DNA of 60,122 nt from assembly GCA_040754495.1 (NCBI GenBank), contig JBFMCO010000056.1, positions 1-60,122 of the forward strand, written 5' to 3'. Within the stretch, counting starts at the first letter, position 1. Every line of letters starts with the position of its first letter. Under the pieces are notes generated by a model. The model searched no databases and had not been told where the DNA came from. It saw only the letters and a program-made list of their open reading frames with translations. The position numbers were made by a program, and so were the translations under genes. The stretch is from Candidatus Micrarchaeota archaeon (lineage in GTDB: Archaea; Micrarchaeota; Micrarchaeia; Anstonellales; Bilamarchaeaceae). This document shows, in pieces, positions 48,501-57,070 of the stretch.

Positions 48501-49646
48501 GCGAACGTCAGCACCTTCAGCGATTTCGCCATCCTGCAGAACAACCCCCAGCCTTCCCCCGATGATGGGGGCGCTCCGTCCGGTGAGGCGCTCTCAGTAG
48601 CTCTCGCGCCGTCCTGCAACGGATTCATCGTGAGGGTGAAAGACGGCGGCGACCCTGTCGCGGACGCGTTCGTTGAAGGAACCGACGCCACCCACGGCAC
48701 GGAGTTCAGCCCCAGATACACCAACGAGTCCGGCGAGGCGTACTTCGGCACGTGCGACATAGATGTTTCCATGGAAGTGTCTTCTGGCGGCCTCAGCGGG
48801 GACGCATCAGGATTCGCCGCGTGCGGAGCCTGCGCTGAATGCGCATCCGACCTGGACTGTCTCGATACCGAGCAGTGCGTCGCACAGCAGTGCGTGCCCC
48901 TCTATTGCGAGGGCGGCCAGGCAGTGGACCACTCCTGCGAGCCTTATGAATGCACGTCGGACAGCGACTGCCCGCAGGGTCTGCAGTGCGTAGGCCACGA
49001 GTGCGTCGAGGCCTTCGAATGCGATGAAAACTCCGACTGCCTGCCTGCGCAGTTCTGCGAAATAGCCCCCGGCCAGGCGGGCGGAAGCTGCAAGGACGTG
49101 CAGTGCGCCTGCGGCACTATAATGGACCATGCCTGCGTCAGCTTCGAGTGCTGCGCGGACAGCGACTGCGATGCGGGGGAGCGGTGCATCTCAAATGCGT
49201 GCGTGCAGGCGGACGTAACCTGCCCATCGACCGGCCTTGTCGGCGACGAGAAGACCTGCGAGGCGAAGGAGGACGGCGAGGTTTGCACTGACTGCGACTT
49301 CGTAATCACCGACCCCTCAGGCAAAAACTTCACGGGCAAGACCGATGAGAACGGCAATTTCGGCTTACCCCTGCAGTTCGAAGGCACATACCGCGTGGCC
49401 CTGCTCAGGAACGGCACGGTGGTGAAGGTCATAGAGGTCAAGGCATTCCCGAAAGCCGAGAGCGGCGGCGGGGAGGAGAAGCCCCCTGCGCTGATTAGCG
49501 AGGAGATGGTCCAGGCGGGCCTCATCATCCTTCTAGTCGCGCTTGCCATCGGCGGCATACTCTACTGGAGGAAAGGGCAGGGAAAGAAGCCTGCCGCACC
49601 CCAGAAGGCCCCCGAGGCCAAGCCTCCGGCCAAGGCCGGGAAGTAA
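45510..49646 (+). CDS. Giant parallel beta-helix (NosD/CASH-like) surface protein A
   Basis: Signal peptide, many N/S-rich beta-helix rungs, Cys-rich repeats, C-terminal TM and Lys-rich tail. Confidence 0.88.
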   Translation: MRLPAVIALMMLAGLSFSLANVTGCMNISSSDTYELTGAIAGANISGYPNIVGNVCLRISVSNVALDCKGFTLTGAGAPTAGIAAEESSAAPISNVTIKNCVITNYTQGIILENTHSSLVYNNTAFNNTHNGFFITFNSSGNNISSNVAFNNTFAGSDSDAAFIVFGSDSNVLSSNRAYDNSMHGFFLLSASGNSLVSNNATNHPLSGFRVSASGNSLASNIALDDNIGFNVSGSSNNFTGNTANNSGQQGFLLEGGSGNRLTGNTAAHSSDPGFLARLGATGDTFLSNFAYNNSNTGFFMSSGSHNLSGNLADLNNGAGFFVNSGSNTLSANNATRSIGPGFYAFSGATSTDFSDNYASDNDDEGFLIQSDSNTFFGDRAENNTYGFLLDSGADFNALTDVTGSFNSVDGLLVDSDGNSVDPSFFCNNTGNGITITGASGNSVSDSVACNNTNDGLYAEDSTGLTLAGNSFSGNTQNGVEFDNVNSSSVSSSNATANGNNGFTAADGVSLSFSGNSASGSGGSGFIINNGTGVNLTANAGSGNSINGFLVSGGTGIRLSGNNASGNSFSGVILTGSANNTLSGNNASSNSVSGFRLLSTPSANLSTNSASGNGADGFFLSGSLGGVFLSNNASGNTGDGFDFGTSSSYLMTYDTASGNGGYGMLFTSSPGGIPQNATITSNGLDGMAFFSSPGGIPQYNNVSGNSGNGITMVSSGGKIPIGNIIGGNSGDGIYSDDSGGSIFDSNVIFSNGGNGLAAYNDSGGIYGPNVIFGNGLNGILVSNINSTIFYLSNISNNSLDGIAVTGASGGNIISDNIVDGNGADGISVDASPANTLQNNTLFGNAANGLYLFDSNGTALVSNHYYNNTLDLAVESAFGNPFNYSMAGNVFDNPSGGFSNYTNLSITDQVELDGFHSISWDNQPAPPPLPINQVSFRGKFANITLWFGSTSIDNITWHWLDSETAGYNEATFRLWEFDAGGWAVVNGTPDITANTLSLANVSTFSDFAILQNNPQPSPDDGGAPSGEALSVALAPSCNGFIVRVKDGGDPVADAFVEGTDATHGTEFSPRYTNESGEAYFGTCDIDVSMEVSSGGLSGDASGFAACGACAECASDLDCLDTEQCVAQQCVPLYCEGGQAVDHSCEPYECTSDSDCPQGLQCVGHECVEAFECDENSDCLPAQFCEIAPGQAGGSCKDVQCACGTIMDHACVSFECCADSDCDAGERCISNACVQADVTCPSTGLVGDEKTCEAKEDGEVCTDCDFVITDPSGKNFTGKTDENGNFGLPLQFEGTYRVALLRNGTVVKVIEVKAFPKAESGGGEEKPPALISEEMVQAGLIILLVALAIGGILYWRKGQGKKPAAPQKAPEAKPPAKAGK

Positions 49647-49726
49647 TTTTTTTATTTATGTTAACAGGCAGCGCAGAGTGGCTGCCACTGCGGTATGATT
49701 TTAAAGCCTAACGCAGATTCCATCCC

Positions 49727-52700
49727 ATGCGGCCTTTTGCATTTTTGGCGATACTGCTGGTTATCTCAGGATTTGCTTTTTCGGTGGACATTTCAGCCTG
49801 CACCAACATCACGGGCTCCAACTCGATCTACAACCTGACAACCAGCGTCAGCGGAGCCCCTTTCCCGTATTACTTCGGCTCTTACAATACCTGCATGCTG
49901 ATAAGCGCATCGAACATAACCCTGGACTGCGGCGGGAACAGCATAACAACGACCGATGACAGCAGTATCGTGATAATCAACGCGTCAAACGTCACAGTTC
50001 GGAACTGCATCCTCAACAACGGCACTGGCATAGAGCTCCTCAGTGCCGGCATCGGTGTGGACGGCCCCCAAAACAGCCAGATAACCAACAACCAGATAAA
50101 CCCCAGCTTCGCAGGCATCAGCGGCGTCCTTTCTTTCGGCGCCGCAGGAAACAACACCATCAGCGGCAACAACATCACCGGCGGGACTTACGGCGTATGG
50201 GAGCCAGGTGAAAATTCCACCATCTCCAATAACCGCTTCCTTAACCAGGGCTCAATCGGGCTGGTGGATGGCGGCTTCAACAATACCGCGACGAACAACT
50301 ACATAAACGGGAGCGGCGGGTTCGGCATGATGCTTGACGGTTCCAACCTCAACGTCATGTCGAACGTGGTAGGGAACAGCACCGATGTAGGAATTTACGT
50401 GAATGCTTACAACTCTACGATCTCCGACAACAACGTCTCCTCCAGCGGCGGACACGGCGTACAGATGGGCGACGGCGGCTCCGACGACGAGGCCAATTTC
50501 GTCGTGCTTTCGGGCAACCGGATATCCTCGAGTGGCGGAAACGGAATCCATGTCGAGGGCAGCACCGATAATCTGATACAGGGCAATATCATATCAGGCG
50601 CGAGCGTGGGCATCTGGCTGCAGAACGGCTTCGGCGAGGGCTTCCACCCTGCCGTGGACAACAGCTTCAGCAACAACGTAGTATCCGGGAGCAGCAGCAA
50701 CGGCGTCTACCTTACCGGCGTCTCTTCGAACAACTTCACGGAGAACAACGTGTCTTTCAACGGGGATGACGGCCTTTTCGTAGACTCGTCGTCCTCAATC
50801 TTCATTGACCCCTCGTATTTCTGCAACAACACGGGCAATGGGCTCACAATCAATGCCTCGACCAACGTGACCGTGACGGACTCCGTCTTCTGCAACAACA
50901 CCGGCAGCGGCCTTCTCGTATTCCTCTCCAATAACAGCCTGATATCAAACAACACGGCGCTGAACCACTCGAGCATCTCCAATGCATTCGACATACAGAA
51001 CAGCACCGGAATAAACCTGAGCGGCAATGTCGCGGATGATGCGAACGTCGGCTTCAATCTCTTATTCAGCCCCTCAAACATACTTGCGAACAACACGGCC
51101 CTCGACACAAGCACCGGCTTCCTTCTCAGTTTCAGCGGAAACAACGTGCTGTCGGGAAATAACGCGTCTAACGGGGGACTGGGCTACCGGAACTCGTTCA
51201 GCTCCGACAATACGACCTTCCTGAACAACTATGCCCAAAACAACACCCTTGCCGGTTTCTTCGTGGCCGAAGGCTCGGATAATGTCACGCTCCGCGCCAA
51301 CACCGCCCTGAACAACAGCCTCCAGGGCTTCGAAGTCACAATCGGCTCCGACAACAACACCCTGGAATCGAACCTGGCCTCCAGGAACGGCGGCACAGGC
51401 TTCATTATAATAACAAACACCGGAAACAACCTGACCAACAACACGGCGTTCAATAACACGGGGGCGGGCTTCGAGTGCTCATCCGCAAATAATTCCCTCT
51501 TAATCAACAACACGGCCACCTTCAACGGAGGAAGGGGGCTGCTGCTAAGCTCGTGCCACAATAACCTGATAAGCGACGGCATCTTCAACAACAACTCCAA
51601 TACCGGGGTCCAGGCGTCCTTCAGCACGAACAACACCTTCCGGAGGAACGTCGTCGCGAACAACACGTTCGGCGGCTTCACGATAGCCCAGGGCTCGAAC
51701 GACAGCGTAATCGCCAACAACACCGTTTTCCTCACTACCGACGCATACTCATTCAGCCTCAGCTCGAGCAGGAACCTGGTGGCGAACAACACCGCATTCA
51801 ACAACTCAGGAACCGGCTTCCGCGCGGTCTCGGCAGCCAACAACAATACGTTCCTGAACAACACGGCCTACCGCAACGCGATAGGTTTCGACATGACCTC
51901 TGCAAACGGGAACAACCTCACGGGCAACACCGCGCACTCGAACACGCAGGCAGGAGTAACGATAGGCGGCGCGACCACGAACGTCTCCACGCACCACATC
52001 TACAACAACACGGTCGGCCTTGCCCTCAGCGGGAATCTCTTCAGCGTCAGCCTGAGGGAGGTAATATTCGACAACCCCGCCGGCAATTTCGCTGACTTCA
52101 CGAACGTCAGCCTGAACGACACCATCCCGGTATCCGGCGGCTCATACAACATGACTTGGAGCGCCCTCCCGGCCGCGCTGCCCGGTTTCACCGGCTCGTT
52201 TGCGAACAAGCACCTGAATATCACCAACACCTCGTCAAACGCTTCCATAGACAGCATCACCTGGCACTGGACGAACACCGAGTCAGCAAGCTACCTCGAA
52301 GAACGCTTCGAGGTCTGGAAATACAACGCCTCGGGCTGGTCCCAGGTTTCTGCAACCCTTGACCCCGGGACGAATACCCTGAGCGTGGCCAGCCTCGGGC
52401 CGTTCAGCGTTTTCTCGATACTGCAGAACGACGGCTGCCCCGCGCCAATAGCGTCGCCGGGCACATACCTCCTGAATGGCAGCGTGGTCGGCGCCTCGAA
52501 CGATGCCTCCCCGCTCTCCAACTTCAGCTGCATCAAGATAGCGTCTTCGGACGTGGCCCTGGACTGCCAGGGCTTCAGCGTTACCGACAACGGCACCGCG
52601 GGAACGACCTACGGCATTCTGCTGAACAATTCCGCTACGAACGTAACCGTAAGGAACTGCGTGGTCTCCGGCTACAGCGTCGGCATGAGGACCATCTCGT

Positions 52701-55700
52701 CCGACAACGGGCTGTTCGTCAACAACACCGCGTTCAACAACTCGCTCTACGGATTCAACCTGGACAGCTCATCGGATTCGAACCTGCTTGCCAACAACAC
52801 CGCATACAACAACACGGCCGGCTTCTTCCTCGTGGGCACGGCAAACGGCAACAACCTCACGAACAACACCGCCCACAGCAACGTCAACTACGGAATAATC
52901 CTCCAGTCCGGCGCGCTGCTCAACCGCCTGGTTTCCAACCTTGCCTACAACAACTCGTTTGCAGGATTCGGCGTCCTAATAGGCTCCAACACGAATACGC
53001 TCTTTAACAACATCGGCCATTCGAACGGGCAATTCGGGTTCTATCTGGATACGGTCAACTCGACCAACATGACCAGCAACACAGCGTACAACAACTCCAA
53101 CTCCGGCATCGAGCTCGTATCGAGCCCGGCCAACCTCCTTGCCGACAACAACGCCTCGAACAACAGCTTCGACGGGCTGGTCCTGGTAACCTCCAGCAAC
53201 AACGTGGTCGACCCGTCGTACTTCTGCGGCAACGGGGATGACGGCATCTACGTTTCGTCCTCCAGCGGCTCGCTCATCACTGACAACGTCGCCTGCAACA
53301 ACGGCGGCAACGGGATAGAGGTATCCGCCTCGTCCAGCGTCACGCTGGGAAATAACAGCGTCTTCGGCAACTCCGACCACGGTATATTCCTGTCGTCGGT
53401 GACCTTCAGCAGCCTTGCCGGAAACGGCGTCTACAACAACAGCGGGGCTTTCGTCTCAGGCATATACCTTGGCTCCTCGTCCAACAACACGCTCTCAGGC
53501 AACACCGTGTACAACAACTCCGTCTATGGCATCCGGCTTTTCGCGAGCTCGGACAACAACCTCACCAACAACTCTGCATACGACAACTTCAACGGGATAT
53601 TCGCTGCGACCTCGCCATTCAACAACCGCTTCGTGAATAACACTGCGCACGACAACCCCAACGACGGCTTCACGGTATCGGGCGGCGGCGGGAACTTCTT
53701 CAGCGGCAACACGGCCTACCTCAACTCAAGGGGCTTCAATCTCGATACCGGCCCGGACAACACCCTGAGCGGCAACGCTGCATACAACAACTCCAACGGG
53801 TTCAGCCTGGCGGCAAGCGACAACAACTCGCTGGGCAGCAACCTCGCCTACAACAACACCAACACCGGATTCAGGCTGGAGGTGGGCTCGGACGGCAACA
53901 CCCTGTCCAACAACACGGCCACGGAAAACCTTTACGGTTTCAGGGTCGAATCCGGCTCGGACGACAACGACCTCACGAGCAACAATGGCTCCGGCAACAT
54001 ATTATCCGGCCTTGTCATAACCGACTCGAACGGCAACACGGTCGACCCGTCGTTCTTCTGCAACAACGGAGGAAGCGGCATCGAAGTGGACAACTCGAAC
54101 GATACCATTGTCGAAGATTCGACCGCCTGCCTCAACGGCGATGACGGCGTCCAGGTCACAGGCTCCACGGATATCACGCTGGACAACGTGAGCGCCTACA
54201 ACAACACGAACGGATTCAGCTTCCTCTTCGGAGGCTCCACGAGCGGAAACGCCTTCTCCAACAATGCCTACAACAACAGCGCCTCGGGCTTCTCCGTATC
54301 AGTGGAAAACATGCTGGGCTTCAACTTCACCGACAATAACGCAGCCGAGAACGGCGCGAACGGCTTCACGGTCAACGGGGCCGCAAGCGACCTCGTGCTC
54401 TTCCAGGACAACAACGCGACCGATAACGCCGACATGGGCTTCGACGTGGAGAACCTCGACCTCGTCAGCGTCATACACAACAATGCAACCGGGAACGGCG
54501 GCATAGCGTTCTACCTGTTCAGCACCCAGTCCTACCTGCTCCCTGTCCACAACAACACCGCGACCGGCAACGGCGGCGACGGCTTCGTCTTCGAAAGCGC
54601 CGAGGCCAATGTCTCGGGTAACCTGGCCGATTCCAACGGCGGCTCGGGCTTCATCTTCGACGACATGTTCATGGGCGGAACGTCCATCCTGAACAACACC
54701 GCCTCAGGAAACGCGGGCAACGGCTTCGATGCAAAGTCCTTCATCGGAACCTCCGGCCTTCTCGTGAACAACACGGCCCGCAGCAACGGGCAGGCCGGCC
54801 TGTACGCAGCGTCGCTCCTTGCCCCGACCATGGCGGTGGGCGACCACTACTACAACAACAGCCCCGACTTCCTGGCAAACGGCACCGGAATCAACGTGAC
54901 GCTCTCAGGGGTGGTCTTCGACAGCCCGGCCGGCCTCTACCCGGACTACACCAACCTGTCCCTCAACGACACCGTGGCATCGGCATACTCCATAGACTGG
55001 ACGAACAACGCCAGCAGCCTGCCTCTTCCGGGGAACCATATCTCATTCGCGCAGAAGTTCGTCAATATAACGAACCTCTCCGGAAACGTTTCCATAGATT
55101 CAATAGTATGGCACTGGCTCGATTCCGAGACCGGAGGATACAACGAGGCGCAGTTCCAGCTGTGGAAGTTCAACCCCATAAGCCTCTGGGCATTCCAGAA
55201 CCAGAGCCCTGACACGGCCACGAACACCCTGTCTCTCAGCAACCTCAGCAGCTTCAGCGACTTTGCAATCCTGCAGAACGCGCCGCAGCAGCCGCAGCCG
55301 GAGGACGGGCAGCCTTCCGAGGAAGGCCTCGATGTGGGGATAAAGCCATCCTGCAACGGCTTCATAATAACCGTAAAAGACAGCGGCGACGCGGTAGAGG
55401 ACGCATTCGTTGAAATCAACGACGAGACGCACGGCACGGAGCTCAGCCCGAGATACACCAACTCCTCTGGCCAGGCATTCGTAGACATCTGCGACATAGA
55501 AGTCAGCATAGACGCCACGAAGTCCGGCAAGGACGGCTCAAAATCAGGCTTCGCGGCCTGCGGCATCTGCCCGGAGTGCGCGACAGACGAGGACTGCCTC
55601 GGAAGCGAGCAGTGCACCAACCAGCAGTGCGTGCCAATCTACTGCCCTGACGGCGAGGCAGTCGACCATGCCTGCGAGCTTTACGAATGCACATCCGACA

Positions 55701-56362
55701 ACGACTGCCCCGAAGGGCAGCAGTGCATCGGCCACGAGTGCAAGACGGTCTTCGAGTGCGATGGCAACGAGGACTGCCTGCCTGCGCAGTTCTGCGAAAT
55801 ACCTATCGGGCAGCCGGGCGGAAGCTGCAAGGACGTGCAGTGCGCCTGCGGCACTATAATGGACCATGCCTGCATCAGCTTCGAGTGCTGCTCAGACAGC
55901 GACTGCCCGGCCGGGGGGCGGTGCATCTCCAACGCATGCGTGCAGGCGGACGTCACCTGCCCGTCTACAGGCGTAGTGGGCGACGAGAAGACCTGCGAGG
56001 CGAAGGAGGACGGACAGGCTTGCGAGGACTGCGATTATATCGTCACCGACCCCTCAGGCAAGAACTTCACCGGGCGTACGGACGAGAACGGCAACTTTGA
56101 CCTTCCGCTGCGGTTCGAGGGCACCTACAGGGTGGCCCTCCTCAGGAACGGCACGGTGGTAAAGGTCATCGAGGTCAAGGCCTTCCCGAAGGGTGAAGGG
56201 GAAGGGGATGGAAAACCGTCCGCCGCAGGATTTGATGCGGCCACCGCGATCTTCATAATCGTCCTTGCCCTCCTTGTGGTGGCGGGGCTGCTGTACTGGA
56301 GGAAAAGGGGGAAGAAGGCTGAGCCGAAAGCGGCCAAGGCCGATAAGCCCCCGGCAAAGTAG
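49727..56362 (+). CDS. Giant parallel beta-helix surface protein B (2211 aa)
   Basis: Same architecture as A, with the beta-helix plus SIDSI.WHW module present twice; C-terminal TM. Confidence 0.9.
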   Translation: MRPFAFLAILLVISGFAFSVDISACTNITGSNSIYNLTTSVSGAPFPYYFGSYNTCMLISASNITLDCGGNSITTTDDSSIVIINASNVTVRNCILNNGTGIELLSAGIGVDGPQNSQITNNQINPSFAGISGVLSFGAAGNNTISGNNITGGTYGVWEPGENSTISNNRFLNQGSIGLVDGGFNNTATNNYINGSGGFGMMLDGSNLNVMSNVVGNSTDVGIYVNAYNSTISDNNVSSSGGHGVQMGDGGSDDEANFVVLSGNRISSSGGNGIHVEGSTDNLIQGNIISGASVGIWLQNGFGEGFHPAVDNSFSNNVVSGSSSNGVYLTGVSSNNFTENNVSFNGDDGLFVDSSSSIFIDPSYFCNNTGNGLTINASTNVTVTDSVFCNNTGSGLLVFLSNNSLISNNTALNHSSISNAFDIQNSTGINLSGNVADDANVGFNLLFSPSNILANNTALDTSTGFLLSFSGNNVLSGNNASNGGLGYRNSFSSDNTTFLNNYAQNNTLAGFFVAEGSDNVTLRANTALNNSLQGFEVTIGSDNNTLESNLASRNGGTGFIIITNTGNNLTNNTAFNNTGAGFECSSANNSLLINNTATFNGGRGLLLSSCHNNLISDGIFNNNSNTGVQASFSTNNTFRRNVVANNTFGGFTIAQGSNDSVIANNTVFLTTDAYSFSLSSSRNLVANNTAFNNSGTGFRAVSAANNNTFLNNTAYRNAIGFDMTSANGNNLTGNTAHSNTQAGVTIGGATTNVSTHHIYNNTVGLALSGNLFSVSLREVIFDNPAGNFADFTNVSLNDTIPVSGGSYNMTWSALPAALPGFTGSFANKHLNITNTSSNASIDSITWHWTNTESASYLEERFEVWKYNASGWSQVSATLDPGTNTLSVASLGPFSVFSILQNDGCPAPIASPGTYLLNGSVVGASNDASPLSNFSCIKIASSDVALDCQGFSVTDNGTAGTTYGILLNNSATNVTVRNCVVSGYSVGMRTISSDNGLFVNNTAFNNSLYGFNLDSSSDSNLLANNTAYNNTAGFFLVGTANGNNLTNNTAHSNVNYGIILQSGALLNRLVSNLAYNNSFAGFGVLIGSNTNTLFNNIGHSNGQFGFYLDTVNSTNMTSNTAYNNSNSGIELVSSPANLLADNNASNNSFDGLVLVTSSNNVVDPSYFCGNGDDGIYVSSSSGSLITDNVACNNGGNGIEVSASSSVTLGNNSVFGNSDHGIFLSSVTFSSLAGNGVYNNSGAFVSGIYLGSSSNNTLSGNTVYNNSVYGIRLFASSDNNLTNNSAYDNFNGIFAATSPFNNRFVNNTAHDNPNDGFTVSGGGGNFFSGNTAYLNSRGFNLDTGPDNTLSGNAAYNNSNGFSLAASDNNSLGSNLAYNNTNTGFRLEVGSDGNTLSNNTATENLYGFRVESGSDDNDLTSNNGSGNILSGLVITDSNGNTVDPSFFCNNGGSGIEVDNSNDTIVEDSTACLNGDDGVQVTGSTDITLDNVSAYNNTNGFSFLFGGSTSGNAFSNNAYNNSASGFSVSVENMLGFNFTDNNAAENGANGFTVNGAASDLVLFQDNNATDNADMGFDVENLDLVSVIHNNATGNGGIAFYLFSTQSYLLPVHNNTATGNGGDGFVFESAEANVSGNLADSNGGSGFIFDDMFMGGTSILNNTASGNAGNGFDAKSFIGTSGLLVNNTARSNGQAGLYAASLLAPTMAVGDHYYNNSPDFLANGTGINVTLSGVVFDSPAGLYPDYTNLSLNDTVASAYSIDWTNNASSLPLPGNHISFAQKFVNITNLSGNVSIDSIVWHWLDSETGGYNEAQFQLWKFNPISLWAFQNQSPDTATNTLSLSNLSSFSDFAILQNAPQQPQPEDGQPSEEGLDVGIKPSCNGFIITVKDSGDAVEDAFVEINDETHGTELSPRYTNSSGQAFVDICDIEVSIDATKSGKDGSKSGFAACGICPECATDEDCLGSEQCTNQQCVPIYCPDGEAVDHACELYECTSDNDCPEGQQCIGHECKTVFECDGNEDCLPAQFCEIPIGQPGGSCKDVQCACGTIMDHACISFECCSDSDCPAGGRCISNACVQADVTCPSTGVVGDEKTCEAKEDGQACEDCDYIVTDPSGKNFTGRTDENGNFDLPLRFEGTYRVALLRNGTVVKVIEVKAFPKGEGEGDGKPSAAGFDAATAIFIIVLALLVVAGLLYWRKRGKKAEPKAAKADKPPAK

Positions 56363-56490
56363 GGTTGCAGAAGGGTTCCGGCGCCTCTCAGGACCGGAAA
56401 CAGGGAACCGGAAACCCCTCAGCCGCTGCTGAGTGGAGAAGAATAATAAAAAATTCGCCCCAACCGCGATTTGAACGCGGACAGCAACCT

Positions 56491-56674
56491 TTCCGCCTTT
56501 TGGAAAAAGGCGGCCCAAAACCTGTTGTCGATTTTGCCTTTGCGGGCAAAATAACTTTCAAAAAACCCGAAAGGGTTTTTCAATCGCAGGTTTTTTGGGC
56601 GCTTTTTTCCCAAAACGACAGGGAGCGAAGCTCCCTGTGCCCCATTGTTCGATTCGAACAATAGGGAAGCGCAA
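56491..56674 (-). other. 184-nt canonical-position tRNA intron made of tandem hairpins
   Basis: H = CTGC/GCGG; 3' bulge AA|A closed by the anticodon stem; h' is weak. Confidence 0.78.
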
Positions 56675-56691
56675 CCGCAGGGTTGCGTCCT

Positions 56692-56725
56692 TTCTGTTTC
56701 CGGCACCCGGTTTCGGGTTTCGGAT
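56692..56725 (-). other. 34-nt D-loop tRNA intron made of heptamers; exact junction uncertain by about 1 nt
   Basis: CTG/CAG and TCCG/CGGA helices with an AA|A bulge; removal gives D-loop AACCTGGATA. Confidence 0.7.
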
Positions 56726-56915
56726 ATCCAGGTTAGACTATTGGGGCAGCAATAATGTCTCCCGTCTCCGGTTTCCGGTCAAGGGAGCGGATTTTTGCCC
56801 GATGGACAGATTTAAATAGGTATAGCTTTTAAATTATTCTCTGCATTTTCTCGGTGGTGTTTGGCCTTCCCGAGGGCAGGCCGGCTCATCACTTTCTCAA
56901 AAGTCAGGTGGTATA

Positions 56916-57062
56916 TTGAAAAGATGCATAACCTGCGGAAGAAATACCAAGGATTTCGCGGAATTCCCGTGCCCGGAGTGCGACGAGCGCATCGTCCGGT
57001 GCCACTACTGCAGGGAGAACCGCAACAAGTACGTGAGCCAGTGCGGCTTCACAGGCCCATAG
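56916..57062 (+). CDS. Zn-finger protein of the HVO_2753/DUF1610 type (TTG start)
   Basis: MKRCITCG...FPCPECDERIVRCHYCRENRNKYVSQCGFTGP; AGGTGG RBS; directly upstream of aEF-1beta. Confidence 0.88.
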   Translation: MKRCITCGRNTKDFAEFPCPECDERIVRCHYCRENRNKYVSQCGFTGP

Positions 57063-57070
57063 GTGCGTAG

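Larger units (their letters stand above)
56456..56747 (-). tRNA. tRNA-Arg(GCG) with two introns (34 nt near 20a/21; 184 nt at 37/38)
   Basis: Acceptor GCCCCAA/TTGGGGC, G73; D stem GTCT/GGAC; anticodon stem CAACC/GGTTG with loop CTGCGG|A; T arm CCGCG-TTCAAAT-CGCGG. Mature length 74 nt. Confidence 0.85.

Noticed and set aside
7186-56518. Many long overlapping ORFs in the track (e.g. 10359..12605, 10778..12946, 42042..43316, the 5' half of 7186..8976)
   Set aside because: Shadow frames of recognisable genes in GC-rich DNA, with no family motifs.
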